From: an uncultured Bacteroidales bacterium
GTDB taxonomy: Bacteria; Bacteroidota; Bacteroidia; Bacteroidales; UBA11471
Assembly (NCBI GenBank): GCA_947625885.1
Contig: CANQQA010000004.1
Location: 1,838-65,837 of the forward strand
DNA: 64,000 nt
Reading direction: 5' to 3'
In this document: piece after piece, positions 27,479 to 37,401 of the stretch
How the letters are laid out: the number at the start of each line of letters is the position of its first letter
Position numbering within the stretch: the first letter of the stretch is position 1
Notes under the pieces: generated by a model
Database searches by the model: none
The model's input: only the letters and a program-made list of their open reading frames with translations
Told to the model about the DNA's origin: nothing
Made by a program: the position numbers and the translations under genes

Positions 27479-30346
27479 TTATTTTTTTCTAAAATCGAAT
27501 CCGAGCGTCATGCGTATGCCTTCATCGCCCGACTTGATGCGGATAGAGCCGGGCTGGCTTTTCGGTCCGTGCTGCGAAATGGGTTTGAAGCTGCGTATGG
27601 CGGGTATCTCCACGAGGAAAGAGATGTCGCCGGCGGGAAATTCCGGCATGGTGCGCGCCTCTCCCTCCCGATCTTTCGGTTCTTCGGGAGTAAGCATACG
27701 CAGATACACACCGTCGCTTGCGGCATATACGGTGAAATCCTGCTCCCGATTCTGCACCGTCGCCCAATGAAGGTCGGCGTGATAGCCCTTAAATTCAGGA
27801 TAAACGAGGTTGTCGTAGCTCTCGCCCGTAACGGTATTGTTGTAGGCTTTCTCCCACAACCCTGCATTGGCTCCGCGCAGGCGGTTTTTCCAGACGCGGT
27901 AGGGTCCGCCGCCCAACCAGCGCATACCCGTTACGAGGCTGTCGGGATAGGAGAATGTAATGCCGAGATTCAGTATGTTTTCATAGCTTGCCGCATCGTC
28001 GAGCCCGCCGCCCAAACGCGAACGGTTGAGCATCACCATATCCATGTCGAGCAATCCGTCGGGCGCCATGCGCCACACCACAGAGTCGATGTTGCCGTTG
28101 TAGCGCACCGTCCATACGGCAGTGTCGCCGTCCATACGGACAGCCGTGTTTTTCACGGCAGCCACCATGCCCACCGGCACGGGACCGTTACCGAACGAAA
28201 CAGCCTTCCCATTACTCGTTACTTTCATTATATAGCCGGTCGTCTTGTCGAAAGTTACTTCCACACCCTGCGCCGCAAGGATTATTTCATTTCCCGCTTC
28301 GCGGAAAACTGCCGGTGCTGCCGTTTCTGCAACGGGACGGTTTCGCTGCCAATACTCTTCGGCATACCCGATATTCCATGAACGGGTACACATTTCGCGA
28401 CCGTCGGGGTGATAGGCTTTCAGCTCCATGACATCGGCATCGAAAAATCCGCCGGGCAGCTCCATACGGGCATATCCCCGCTCGCCGGGCTGCAGGTCGG
28501 GCAGCTGCACTTCGCCCGTGCCGACGAGCGTGCGCGTGCCTTTGCCGTCGGCAAGCGGCGACGATATTTTATACAGCGACCACGTCATGCGGCAACGACC
28601 GAGCGATGTATAAAGATAATTGTTCGTTACGCGGAAACGACCGTCGAACGAAGAAGTTACAAAAAATTTCTCGACTTGCAGGGGCGCCCATATATCGCGC
28701 ACGGTGTAATAACTCCCCTCCTTTTCCCGATAGGGTCCGAGAATGCCGTCGGGGGCATTGAATCCGTCGGAATCGAGAGCGCCGTCACGGTCGGTGCGGC
28801 GCACGGCATTGTCGCAAAAAGCCCACATGAAACCGCCGACAAAAAGCGGGTGCGCCGTATAGTTGTTCCAAAAATCTTCAAGCCCCGCTCCGTGCCCCTG
28901 ATCGTATTGCCCGTGCATAAACTCGGTCGGCATGAAAAGTTTGTAACCGTTGGTAAAGCGGGCTACGCCGGTGAGGAAAGCAGGGTAATGGTGGGTGTCG
29001 AGGTCGTCGAAATCAGCCCACGGGTGAATGACGTGGCGGTGCTGCGGATCATATTGAGCAAAAAGCGGGTCGAGCTTTTTGTTCCAACCGCCTTCGTTGC
29101 CGTTGCTCCAAATGATGATGCAGGGGTGATTCACGTCGCGCCGCAACATCTCGCCGAGCAGTTTTTCACCCGTCGGGGTATCGTAGGAGTTTTGCCAACC
29201 GGCAAGTTCGTCGATGAAGAAAAGCCCCAACGAATCGCACGCATCGAGAAAATGCTCGTCGGGCGGATAATGGCTCCGCACGGCGTTCATGTTCATCGCC
29301 TTTATCAACTCGACATCGTCGATGCTTATTTGTTTGTCGGTGGTTCTGCCGCCGTCAGGCCAGAAAGAGTGGCGGTTGATACCTTTGAGCACGACTTTCA
29401 CGCCATTGACGTAGAGACCGTCCTGCGGACGGAAATCGACGGTGCGGAAGCCGATGCGCTCCTTATGGCGATGCAGCACGGTACCGGCATCGTCGCGCAA
29501 CTCCACCGTGAGAAGATAGAGATTCGGTTCTTCGGGATTCCACGCTTTCACGCCGTTCCAACGACCGGAAAGCACGGCAAGGGTATCGCCTGCCAAAACA
29601 GCGGTCTGCACGCTGCCGCGCACTTCACTGCCCGAGAGCGTCGAAAGCGAAGCTACCAGCCTGCCCCCGCCGGTCATGCCGGAGAGGAACACCTGCGCCG
29701 CTATGGAGCCGTCGGCACGGGCATCGACCGCCATACGGTCGATATGCTGCGCCGGTTTCACTTCCAAATAGACCGGGCGATATATACCGCCGAAAAGCCA
29801 CCAGTCGGCTTTTCGCTCGGCGTTGTTTACCGATTTGTTTTCGGAGTGTTTCGACACGATTACTTCGAGGCGGTTTTTCCTGCCGTAGGCAAGCAAGCCC
29901 GTAACGTCATAGGAGAAGCGGTAGAACGCGCCCTGATGACGTGCGCCGACCGGCTTGCCGTTCAGCGTAACTTCGGCATCGGTCATCACGCCGTCGAACA
30001 CCAACGACACCTGCTGTCCGCGCCACGAAGCCGGTACGGCAAAGGTATAACGATATTTTCCCTGCTCCATGCTCGGATTTTTTTCGCACGGCACCAACCC
30101 CGAATTTCGGTTTTTGTCTTTATACCAACGACCGTAGGTATATTCGCCGAAGCCCTGCAACTCCCATTGCGAGGGCACTTCTATCTTTTTCCACTTGCCG
30201 CTGTTGCGCCCTCCGGTGCAATAGAAATCCCACGTTACGGTATTTCCGAATCCCGTGCCCGAAAGGTAGGTGCGCTGCGTTTCCTGCGCTCGGGCAGGTA
30301 AGAGGAATGCGGCAGCCAAAAGTCCGACAAGGAGAGGTGTTTTCAT
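27479..30346 (-). CDS. GH2 family glycoside hydrolase (beta-galactosidase / beta-glucuronidase type)
   Basis: 955 aa. Signal peptide. GH2 sugar-binding, Ig-like and TIM-barrel order, with NRHSFWPDGGR, the acid/base block IIWSNGNEGGW and the nucleophile region PTEFMHG. Confidence 0.85.
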   Translation of the reverse strand: MKTPLLVGLLAAAFLLPARAQETQRTYLSGTGFGNTVTWDFYCTGGRNSGKWKKIEVPSQWELQGFGEYTYGRWYKDKNRNSGLVPCEKNPSMEQGKYRYTFAVPASWRGQQVSLVFDGVMTDAEVTLNGKPVGARHQGAFYRFSYDVTGLLAYGRKNRLEVIVSKHSENKSVNNAERKADWWLFGGIYRPVYLEVKPAQHIDRMAVDARADGSIAAQVFLSGMTGGGRLVASLSTLSGSEVRGSVQTAVLAGDTLAVLSGRWNGVKAWNPEEPNLYLLTVELRDDAGTVLHRHKERIGFRTVDFRPQDGLYVNGVKVVLKGINRHSFWPDGGRTTDKQISIDDVELIKAMNMNAVRSHYPPDEHFLDACDSLGLFFIDELAGWQNSYDTPTGEKLLGEMLRRDVNHPCIIIWSNGNEGGWNKKLDPLFAQYDPQHRHVIHPWADFDDLDTHHYPAFLTGVARFTNGYKLFMPTEFMHGQYDQGHGAGLEDFWNNYTAHPLFVGGFMWAFCDNAVRRTDRDGALDSDGFNAPDGILGPYREKEGSYYTVRDIWAPLQVEKFFVTSSFDGRFRVTNNYLYTSLGRCRMTWSLYKISSPLADGKGTRTLVGTGEVQLPDLQPGERGYARMELPGGFFDADVMELKAYHPDGREMCTRSWNIGYAEEYWQRNRPVAETAAPAVFREAGNEIILAAQGVEVTFDKTTGYIMKVTSNGKAVSFGNGPVPVGMVAAVKNTAVRMDGDTAVWTVRYNGNIDSVVWRMAPDGLLDMDMVMLNRSRLGGGLDDAASYENILNLGITFSYPDSLVTGMRWLGGGPYRVWKNRLRGANAGLWEKAYNNTVTGESYDNLVYPEFKGYHADLHWATVQNREQDFTVYAASDGVYLRMLTPEEPKDREGEARTMPEFPAGDISFLVEIPAIRSFKPISQHGPKSQPGSIRIKSGDEGIRMTLGFDFRKK

Positions 30347-31134
30347 TTCTTCACGAGTTTTTTAAGATGGCACTTCGGCAGATGACGGGCTTGCTCCGCT
30401 ACGACAGAGGCATTGAGGCGCGCCCCTTTTTCCGACGTATGCGTCCAATCGGCATCGGTAAAATATTCTTTTACAGCCTCCTGCCCCATTTCATCGTAGA
30501 GGTCGGCAACGACGGCATGCAGGTCGATACAGGGCACGCCCTCTTGGGCTGCGACCTGCCGCACCCATACGACGTGGGCGGTGTCGCGCATGACGACGCC
30601 CTCCGTCGTCCAGCGGTTGCGGGGTATCTGCGTACAGAGCACGGGGCAGGCACCTTTCGCGCGCGCATCGCGTACATATTTACGGAGGTATGCACCGTAC
30701 GTGTAAACGGTTTCTTTTTTGCCGGTTTCCTCGACCACGCCGACGGTATCTTCATCGCCTATGCCGCGCAGAGAGGCGCGCGGGCGGTTGCTTGTAAATA
30801 TCTCGCCGCCGTCGTTGTGTCCGAACTGTATCAGCACGTAATCGCCTTTTTGGAGCGAATCGAGTACGACGTCCCAACGACCTTCGGTGATGAACGTGCG
30901 GCTGCTGCGACCGCCGATAGCATGATTGTGCACTTCGGCTTTGTCGGCATCGAGATATTCGGAAAGGAAACTGCCCCACCCCCATTGACCTCTGTCGCCG
31001 CGTCCTTTACCGTTTTTCACGGTGGAGTCGCCGACAAGGAAAACTTTTTTCTTCTCTTTGCGCGCGCACACATCGGTCGCGCAGAAAAGTTGCAGAACAA
31101 ACGCCGCAAGCAGGGCGATAATCAGGTTTTTCAT
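30343..31134 (-). CDS. CE12 rhamnogalacturonan acetylesterase (SGNH hydrolase)
   Basis: SGNH blocks are present: LVGDSTV (I), IGGRSSRTF (II), FGHNDG (III), DWTHTS (V). Overlaps the GH2 start by 4 nt (ATGA). Confidence 0.85.
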   Translation of the reverse strand: MKNLIIALLAAFVLQLFCATDVCARKEKKKVFLVGDSTVKNGKGRGDRGQWGWGSFLSEYLDADKAEVHNHAIGGRSSRTFITEGRWDVVLDSLQKGDYVLIQFGHNDGGEIFTSNRPRASLRGIGDEDTVGVVEETGKKETVYTYGAYLRKYVRDARAKGACPVLCTQIPRNRWTTEGVVMRDTAHVVWVRQVAAQEGVPCIDLHAVVADLYDEMGQEAVKEYFTDADWTHTSEKGARLNASVVAEQARHLPKCHLKKLVKK

Positions 31135-31206
31135 GGTTTCTTCTTATGTTTTTTCGGAGAGAATTGTCAACTCTGCCGACACGACAGGCATCAAAAAACT
31201 GTCGGA

Positions 31207-31752
31207 TTATTTGGTACAGCGGAAAAGTCTGTCCCACTGTTCAAAGCGTCTTTCTGCCGCTTCTCCGTATTTGGAAAGACTTTTTCGTATCTGTTCAGGA
31301 GTTTTTTCGAGGTCGGGTTCCGATTTCGTATAGAACTTGTCGGCATAACAGATGATTTGCTCTTCGATGCTCACCGGCAGCATATCGCGGTGGGGTATGG
31401 GCAGATTCTGCCGCAGAATATCGTCGAGCGAAAGCCCCGCACCCGTATGCCGCTCGCACACGAGGGCATGACGGGGGAGATTTTCGTTTTTGAGCAATTC
31501 GCTGCCGAGCGTGCCGTGACAGATGTAGGGACGGGTGCCGTGGCAGTGTATGTCGGGGGCATCGGTCAGATAAATACCTATATCGTGCAGCATGGCAGCT
31601 TCGTAAAGGAACGTTTCATCGGCATGCAGTTCCGGACAGGCGCGGGCTATCGACACGGCTTTTTCGGCGACACGCCGGCTGTGTTTCGTCAGCACTTCAT
31701 ATAACGGCGTACCGGGCACATAGTATTTCTCGATAAGGGTTATAGGCTCCAT
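31207..31752 (-). CDS. HD-domain phosphohydrolase
   Basis: 181 aa with the HD signature (AAMLHDIG) and downstream His/Asp residues (CHGT, ERHTG, YADK). Lies 27 nt after ilvE. Confidence 0.78.
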   Translation of the reverse strand: MEPITLIEKYYVPGTPLYEVLTKHSRRVAEKAVSIARACPELHADETFLYEAAMLHDIGIYLTDAPDIHCHGTRPYICHGTLGSELLKNENLPRHALVCERHTGAGLSLDDILRQNLPIPHRDMLPVSIEEQIICYADKFYTKSEPDLEKTPEQIRKSLSKYGEAAERRFEQWDRLFRCTK

Positions 31753-31779
31753 ACGGACAGGTTTTAGGTTAATCGGTGA

Positions 31780-32796
31780 TTAGAGAACAGTTACCCACCC
31801 GTGCGTATCGGGTTCGTCGCCGTACTGTATGCCGCGCAGTTTGTTGTAGAGTTTGGTGCATACGGGACCGGGCTTGCCGTCTTTGGAGATAACGTATGAT
31901 TTTTTGTTTTCGAGGTCGTCGATGCGCTGGATAGGGCTTATCACGGCAGCCGTTCCGCAGGCGCCCGCCTCCTCGAATGTCGTAAGCTCTTCTTCTGGCA
32001 CGGGACGGCGTTCGACCTTCATGCCCATGTCTTCTGCCAACTGCATGAGGCTGCGGTTGGTAATGGAGGGCAGAATGGAAGTCGAGAGCGGAGTTACGTA
32101 TGTGTTGTTCTTGATGCCGAAGAAATTGGCAGCACCGCATTCGTCGATGTATTTTTTCTCTTTGGCATCGAGATAAAATTCGCAGGAATAGCCCAAGTCG
32201 TGCGCCATCTTGTTGGCACGCAGGCTGGCGGCGTAGTTTCCGCCCACCTTGTAGATGCCCGTGCCGAGCGGCGCCGAGCGGTCGAACTCCCGTATGATGA
32301 CGTAGGGATTGGTGGAAAATCCGCCTTTGAAATAGGGACCCACCGGCGTTACGAATACGACGAACAGGTATTCGCGCGCGGGGTGCACACCCACCTGTGC
32401 ACTCGTGCCGATGAGCAGCGGACGTATGTAAAGCGATGCGCCGCTTTCGTAGGGCGGGATAAAACGCTCGTTGGCTTTGACTACTTTCTTTACGGCGTCG
32501 ATGAACGTTTCGGTCGGCAGCTCCGGCATCAGAATGCCCCGACAGGTGCTTTGCAGACGCTCGGCATTGGCTTCGGGACGAAAGATGCGTATTTTCCCGT
32601 CTTTTCCGCGAAAGGCTTTCAGCCCCTCGAATGCCTCCTGCCCGTAGTGCAGGCTCGTGGCAGCCATGTGCAGGTTGATGGTTTCTTCCGAGCAAAGTTC
32701 CAACTTACCCCATTTCCCGTCGCGATAGTAGCAGCGTATATTATAGTCGGTGCGCATATAGCCGAACGACAGATTCGCCCAATCGATATTTTCCAT
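31780..32796 (-). CDS. ilvE: Branched-chain amino acid aminotransferase
   Basis: Class IV aminotransferase pattern (LHYGQEAFEGLKAFR, GGNYAASL, TPPLTSILPSITR-like TPLSTSILPSITNRS). The track start at 32832 overlaps a -7 box, so ATG at 32796 (MENIDWANLSFGY) is preferred. Confidence 0.9.
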   Translation of the reverse strand: MENIDWANLSFGYMRTDYNIRCYYRDGKWGKLELCSEETINLHMAATSLHYGQEAFEGLKAFRGKDGKIRIFRPEANAERLQSTCRGILMPELPTETFIDAVKKVVKANERFIPPYESGASLYIRPLLIGTSAQVGVHPAREYLFVVFVTPVGPYFKGGFSTNPYVIIREFDRSAPLGTGIYKVGGNYAASLRANKMAHDLGYSCEFYLDAKEKKYIDECGAANFFGIKNNTYVTPLSTSILPSITNRSLMQLAEDMGMKVERRPVPEEELTTFEEAGACGTAAVISPIQRIDDLENKKSYVISKDGKPGPVCTKLYNKLRGIQYGDEPDTHGWVTVL

Positions 32797-32831
32797 ATTT
32801 CTTTCTGTTCTTACATTTTGTTTGGAATCCA

Positions 32832-32839
32832 CAAAGGTA
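32832..32839 (-). promoter_or_regulatory. Bacteroidetes -7 promoter box TACCTTTG upstream of ilvE
   Basis: The plus strand reads CAAAGGTA, 36 nt upstream of the ATG at 32796. Confidence 0.45.
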
Positions 32840-32908
32840 AAAATTTTTGAGAAACACGCGTTTTTTTCTTCGTATTTTTTATCCTTTCAGAATTATTAAT
32901 GAAAAGAT

Positions 32909-34096
32909 TTATTTTTTTGCCGAAGTGCGAGCCTTGTACTGTTCGAGCTGTATACAGCCCATGATGAAAGGACCGGTGGCTTTGGCATCGTTGTCGCGCA
33001 TGCGTTCGTGTATATAGTAGTTGAACGAACCGTCGCGATATTTGCTGCCGCCCAGTCCGCCTACGGCGCAGCAGCGGGTGAGCGTCCAAGTCTTGTCGGG
33101 CTCGCGGCGGAGCAGTACTTTGCGCAGACCGTCATAGGCTTTCTCCGCCACGCGGATATACTCCTCGTCGATATAACCCTTGTTCACGGCTTTGGCGTAG
33201 GCGTACATGAACATGGAGGTAACCGACGCTTCGGGGAAGTTGCCTTCGCGTTCGGGGCAGTCGAGCACCTGATACCACAGTCCGTCCTTGTCCTGATATT
33301 CGGGCAGCGAAACCGCCAACCCTTTGATGAAAGTAATGAGGTCGGCACGATGCGGGTGATTTTCGGGCACGTAGTCGAGCACATCGACCAACGCCATGAA
33401 CCACCAACCCATGCTGCGTCCCCAAAAGTTGGGCGAATGCCCCGTAACGGGGTCGGCCCACCGCTGGTTGCGGCTTTCGTCGTAAGCGTGATAATAGAGC
33501 CCCGTGCGGTTATCATACGTGCGGCGGGCGCATATCATAAATTGATTGACGGCATCATCGACGAGGTCGGGGCGGTCGAACGTCGCACCGTAGCGCGCCA
33601 GAAAAGGCGATGCCATATAAAGCCCGTCGAGCCATATCTGGAAAGGATATATCAACTTGTGCCAAAATGCACCCTCGTGGGTGCGGGGGTGGCGGGCAAG
33701 CTGGCGGGCAAGCAAGTCCATCGCCTTTTTGTAACGGGCATCGCCCGTTTCGGCGTAGATATCGAACAGCACTTTGCCCGAGTTGATGAAATCGAGGTTG
33801 TACTCCGACATATCGTAGAGGTATATTCCGCCGTCTTTATCGACAATGGTATCAGCCCATGCAGCGACATAATCGTAATATTTGCGGTCGCCGGTGTAGT
33901 GCCACATATCGAGCATGGCGCAGCAGCCCACGCCCTGCGCGTAACCGAAAAAGAGGCGTTTGCCGTGGTCGAGCTGCCACGCTTCGGGAAAGCGTTTCAT
34001 TTCGGAGTCGGCAAATTCGACCGACATTTTCTGCGCGGCGGCAGAGAGGGGAAGCAAGAGGGCGGCTGTCATAGCCAGCGTGATGATTTTTTTCAT
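32909..34096 (-). CDS. GH105 unsaturated rhamnogalacturonyl hydrolase (second copy)
   Basis: Signal peptide (MKKIITLAMTAALLLPLSAAAQ). GH105 hallmarks WLDGLYM and WGRSMGW. The track start at 34120 is TTG. ATG at 34096 is preferred. Confidence 0.82.
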   Translation of the reverse strand: MKKIITLAMTAALLLPLSAAAQKMSVEFADSEMKRFPEAWQLDHGKRLFFGYAQGVGCCAMLDMWHYTGDRKYYDYVAAWADTIVDKDGGIYLYDMSEYNLDFINSGKVLFDIYAETGDARYKKAMDLLARQLARHPRTHEGAFWHKLIYPFQIWLDGLYMASPFLARYGATFDRPDLVDDAVNQFMICARRTYDNRTGLYYHAYDESRNQRWADPVTGHSPNFWGRSMGWWFMALVDVLDYVPENHPHRADLITFIKGLAVSLPEYQDKDGLWYQVLDCPEREGNFPEASVTSMFMYAYAKAVNKGYIDEEYIRVAEKAYDGLRKVLLRREPDKTWTLTRCCAVGGLGGSKYRDGSFNYYIHERMRDNDAKATGPFIMGCIQLEQYKARTSAKK

Positions 34097-34123
34097 ATCG
34101 GTATTTTTTATGTTTTTCAAAAA

Positions 34124-35659
34124 TTATTTTTCGCCGTCGGTGCGGAAAGGCACGGCGGGAAAGCCTTCACGATTTCCGAGATTGACACGGAAAAATTTAT
34201 TCCAACCGTAGCGCACGGCGACGGGTCGGGCAACTTCGGGCGACGAAACGACCACGCGGTCGCCCCGTATCTCGGCAGCGGCGGGGTGAAACACACCGTC
34301 GGCGCCGGCAACAACGAAGCCGCGCAAAGCGCCTCCGCCGGCAGCGACAAGTCCGCCGCCCGTGTAGTCGAACGAAAGCACCGCCTCGCTACCCTCGACC
34401 GTCATGCTTTTATACACGGGACCCATATAGGGTACGCGCTTGCCATAGTCGTGCGACAATGCCCATGCGGCAAGACGTTCGCCCGGAATCTTTTTGTTGC
34501 GGGGGTGTATGTCGGTGGAGTCGCCGGCATCGGTAATCACCGCCATACCGGTGTGCGGGGTTTCGAGCCAAACGCGCGTCTGGCACTCGCGCAGCTCGGG
34601 CGACTGCTTGTAATAGGGGGCTATCTGCACGAAATAGAAAGGAAATTCACCCTGCCCCCATACGGCGCGCCAATCGGCTATCAGGTCGGAAAAGACTTTG
34701 CCGTAGGCGGCAGCCCGACTGTCGTTGCTCTCGCCCTGATACCATATAACGCCGCGCAGGGCGTAAGGCAAGAGGGGATTTATCATGCCGTTCCAAAGGG
34801 TGGAGAGGCGCAGGTTGTCATTGATTTTCTTGGGGGAGGCAGGCTTGGCAACCGCCGTATCGGGATTGAGATCTTTCGCTATGCGGTAGGCAGCCATTTC
34901 GCGGTCGTACCGTTTTTTCTCGGCGGGATAGGCTTCGATGATGCGGTGCTGGTATTCGTCCAGTTCCTTGTAATACGGGTCGTCCTGCATGGCTTCGCGG
35001 CGCATCCACGACTCGGCGTGCGTGCCGCCCCACGTGGCTTGCAGCAGCCCGACAGGTCGGTGCAGCTCCTTGTGCAGCCGCCGTCCGAAAACGAAGCCTA
35101 CGGCAGAGAAACGCGCTGCCGCGTCGGGAGTGCATACCTCCCACACGCCCGTACAATCATCGACGGGAGCATCGGGCGCCAGCCGGTGCTCTACGCGGAA
35201 AAGGCGCATTTCGGGATAGTCGGCATCGCGCAGCTGTTCCTCGACATCGACCATAGCGGTTTTCCAACGGCTGGTCGTGTCGCGGGCGACGGGGAACTCC
35301 ATATTCGACTGCCCCGAACAGAGCCACACTTCGCCGATGAGTATGTTGCGTATCGTTATCGTGTTGTCGCCGCTCACCGTCATGGTTTCGGCGCGCGACG
35401 AGGCGCGCGGCGTGGCGACGGTCAGCGACCAGCGTCCGTCGGCGTCGGCAACGGTCGATACTTTCTTTTTGCTCCACGAAACGCTCACGGTAACCGTTTC
35501 GCCCGCACGGGCTTTGCCCCACACGGGGGCGTCGGTGCGCTGTTGCAGCACCATGTTGTCGGAAAACACGGCAGGCATTTTCACTTCGGCGCGTGCCGGT
35601 AGAAAAAACAGAAGGGTCGATGCGGCAACCGTCGACCACCGGAAATTGTGCGTTTTCAT
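34124..35659 (-). CDS. SASA/DUF303-type carbohydrate acetylesterase (sialate O-acetylesterase-like)
   Basis: The catalytic GQSNME block sits in GEVWLCSGQSNMEF, with an N-terminal signal peptide from MKTHNFRW. The longer track ORF (start 35710) would begin only 11 nt after the -7 box, so ATG at 35659 is preferred. Confidence 0.78.
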   Translation of the reverse strand: MKTHNFRWSTVAASTLLFFLPARAEVKMPAVFSDNMVLQQRTDAPVWGKARAGETVTVSVSWSKKKVSTVADADGRWSLTVATPRASSRAETMTVSGDNTITIRNILIGEVWLCSGQSNMEFPVARDTTSRWKTAMVDVEEQLRDADYPEMRLFRVEHRLAPDAPVDDCTGVWEVCTPDAAARFSAVGFVFGRRLHKELHRPVGLLQATWGGTHAESWMRREAMQDDPYYKELDEYQHRIIEAYPAEKKRYDREMAAYRIAKDLNPDTAVAKPASPKKINDNLRLSTLWNGMINPLLPYALRGVIWYQGESNDSRAAAYGKVFSDLIADWRAVWGQGEFPFYFVQIAPYYKQSPELRECQTRVWLETPHTGMAVITDAGDSTDIHPRNKKIPGERLAAWALSHDYGKRVPYMGPVYKSMTVEGSEAVLSFDYTGGGLVAAGGGALRGFVVAGADGVFHPAAAEIRGDRVVVSSPEVARPVAVRYGWNKFFRVNLGNREGFPAVPFRTDGEK

Positions 35660-35720
35660 CGGTATTCTTTTTTGTCGCCCCGACGGCAAGGCACAAGGCA
35701 TCGTCCTCACCGCGAGTGTA

Positions 35721-35728
35721 CAAAGATA
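35721..35728 (-). promoter_or_regulatory. Bacteroidetes -7 promoter box TATCTTTG upstream of the acetylesterase/GH105 pair
   Basis: The plus strand reads CAAAGATA, 62 nt upstream of the ATG at 35659. Confidence 0.5.
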
Positions 35729-35779
35729 AAATTTTTTTCGGGAGATTTTATACCATATTCTATTAGAAAAACGATAAAT

Positions 35780-35820
35780 AAACCGAAAAAGAGGATTCCG
35801 ATTCTCCTCTTTCTCGGTTT
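35780..35820 (-). terminator. Rho-independent terminator after the DUF4301-like gene
   Basis: 16-position stem AAACCGAAAAAGAGGA / TCCTCTTTCTCGGTTT with 15 pairs and a 9-nt loop. The minus-sense RNA continues with a U-rich tract. Lies 18 nt past the stop at 35838. Confidence 0.65.
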
Positions 35821-35837
35821 TCGGAAAGGCATTGCGC

Positions 35838-37355
35838 CTATTGATGCTGTTCGCGCAAGAGGTCGTTTACGGTCTTTACGGGGTTGAACGTACCGATGGG
35901 CACTTCGACGAAAAGGGTGTTCCAGTCGGACATGGCGCCGTTCCAGAGACCGGGCAGTTCGAGCGCTTTCAACTCCTTGCCGCTCTTCGACTTGAAGGAA
36001 ATAAATCCCGTATTTTTATCGACGTACTGCGGCAGGTCGTATTTGCGACCTTTTCCGTCTTTGACGGCGCACACCAAATCGACGGGATTGAAGTGGGTCG
36101 ATTTGTCGAACAGGGCTTTCGAGGCGGGATTTTTCAGGTCGATTTGCGAGCTTTCCAGAATTTGCAGCGAATAGGAGCCGTCGGCATTGTAGGCGAGGAA
36201 CGGACCGCCGCCGGGTTCGCCCACGTTTTTCACCATGCCGCAGACGCGCAGCGGGCGGCGCAGTTTCTTTAAGAGGTAAACCACGAGTTCGGCATCTTCC
36301 ATTTTCTTGATGTCGGGGTGGCGGGTAAAGAGCTGCTGTTGCAGGAACAGAATGACGTCGCGCACATCGTCCATCGTATATTTGCCGCTTTCGAGAATGG
36401 CAATGTAGGCGTCGATTTGTTTTTTCAGCGACACGAGCACGCCGCCGATGATTTTCTTGAAGCGCACGGTTTCGGACTTGATGCGGTCGGGCACCACGTT
36501 GTCGATATTCTTGATGAAGATGACGTCGGCGTCGATGTCGTTGAGGTTCTCGATCAGCGCGCCGTGCCCGCCCGGGCGGAAGAGCAGTTTGCCTTTGTCG
36601 CGGAACGGCTTGTTCTCCATATCGGCGGCAACGGTGTCGGTCGAGGGTTTCTGTTCGGAGAAACTGATGTGATACTTCACGCCGTACTCTTTTTCGTAAG
36701 CCGCCTGTTTGTCGGCAACGAGTTTTTTGAAATACGGCAGGTGTTCGTGCGAAACGGTGAAATGCACGTTCACGTCGCCGGCTTCGTTGCGGGCGTACAT
36801 GGCGCCTTCGGCGAGGTGTTCCTCCATAGCGGTGCGGTCGGTTGCCGCATAGTGGTGGAATTTGAGCATACCTTTCGGCAGCGAGCCGTAATTCAACCCC
36901 TTGTCGGAAAGGAGGTTGGAAACGACGGCTTTGTAATTGCCGGCAGCCATGAGGGCTTTCACGCCCTTGCCTTCGTTTTCGAGGCAGGCGGCGTCGAGGT
37001 CGGCAAAGAAAGCGAACCGGTCGATGCGGTCGAAAAATTTCTTTTCGAAGTCGGTGGTCGGTTCGGTATAATCGGCATCGAGAAATTCAAAAAGATTTTT
37101 GAACATACGGCTGGCGGCACCCGAAGCCGGCACGAATTTTACGATGGAAGGGTTGGTGGCGAGGTATTCGTCCCACACTTCAAGATAGTGGTCGGCAGCC
37201 GATGCGTCGAGAGCGAGAATGCCGTTGCCCAAACTTGCCGAAGCCTCCAATTTCAGATAGGGGAAACCTGTTTCGAAGCAGTGCAACTGCTCTTTTATCT
37301 GTTGCTCGGATATGCCTTTTTGCTGCAACAGAAGCAAATCGTCTTGTGTTAACAT
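35838..37355 (-). CDS. DUF4301-like protein (possible nucleotidyltransferase fold)
   Basis: 505 aa, cytoplasmic, no signal peptide. The segment KFVPASGAASRMFK resembles the glycine-rich NTP loop of UDP-sugar pyrophosphorylases. The family name is recalled, not verified. Confidence 0.6.
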   Translation of the reverse strand: MLTQDDLLLLQQKGISEQQIKEQLHCFETGFPYLKLEASASLGNGILALDASAADHYLEVWDEYLATNPSIVKFVPASGAASRMFKNLFEFLDADYTEPTTDFEKKFFDRIDRFAFFADLDAACLENEGKGVKALMAAGNYKAVVSNLLSDKGLNYGSLPKGMLKFHHYAATDRTAMEEHLAEGAMYARNEAGDVNVHFTVSHEHLPYFKKLVADKQAAYEKEYGVKYHISFSEQKPSTDTVAADMENKPFRDKGKLLFRPGGHGALIENLNDIDADVIFIKNIDNVVPDRIKSETVRFKKIIGGVLVSLKKQIDAYIAILESGKYTMDDVRDVILFLQQQLFTRHPDIKKMEDAELVVYLLKKLRRPLRVCGMVKNVGEPGGGPFLAYNADGSYSLQILESSQIDLKNPASKALFDKSTHFNPVDLVCAVKDGKGRKYDLPQYVDKNTGFISFKSKSGKELKALELPGLWNGAMSDWNTLFVEVPIGTFNPVKTVNDLLREQHQ

Positions 37356-37401
37356 AGTATTTTGTTTAGAGTAATCGATTACATTCTTTTCAAAATGTTT
37401 T

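Noticed and set aside
33008-35602. 864-aa plus-strand ORF spanning the antisense of both the GH105 and acetylesterase genes.
   Set aside because: It crosses the intergenic gap between two well-supported minus-strand genes and has Gly/Arg/Val/Ala-rich composition with no recognisable domain. It is a compositional artefact.
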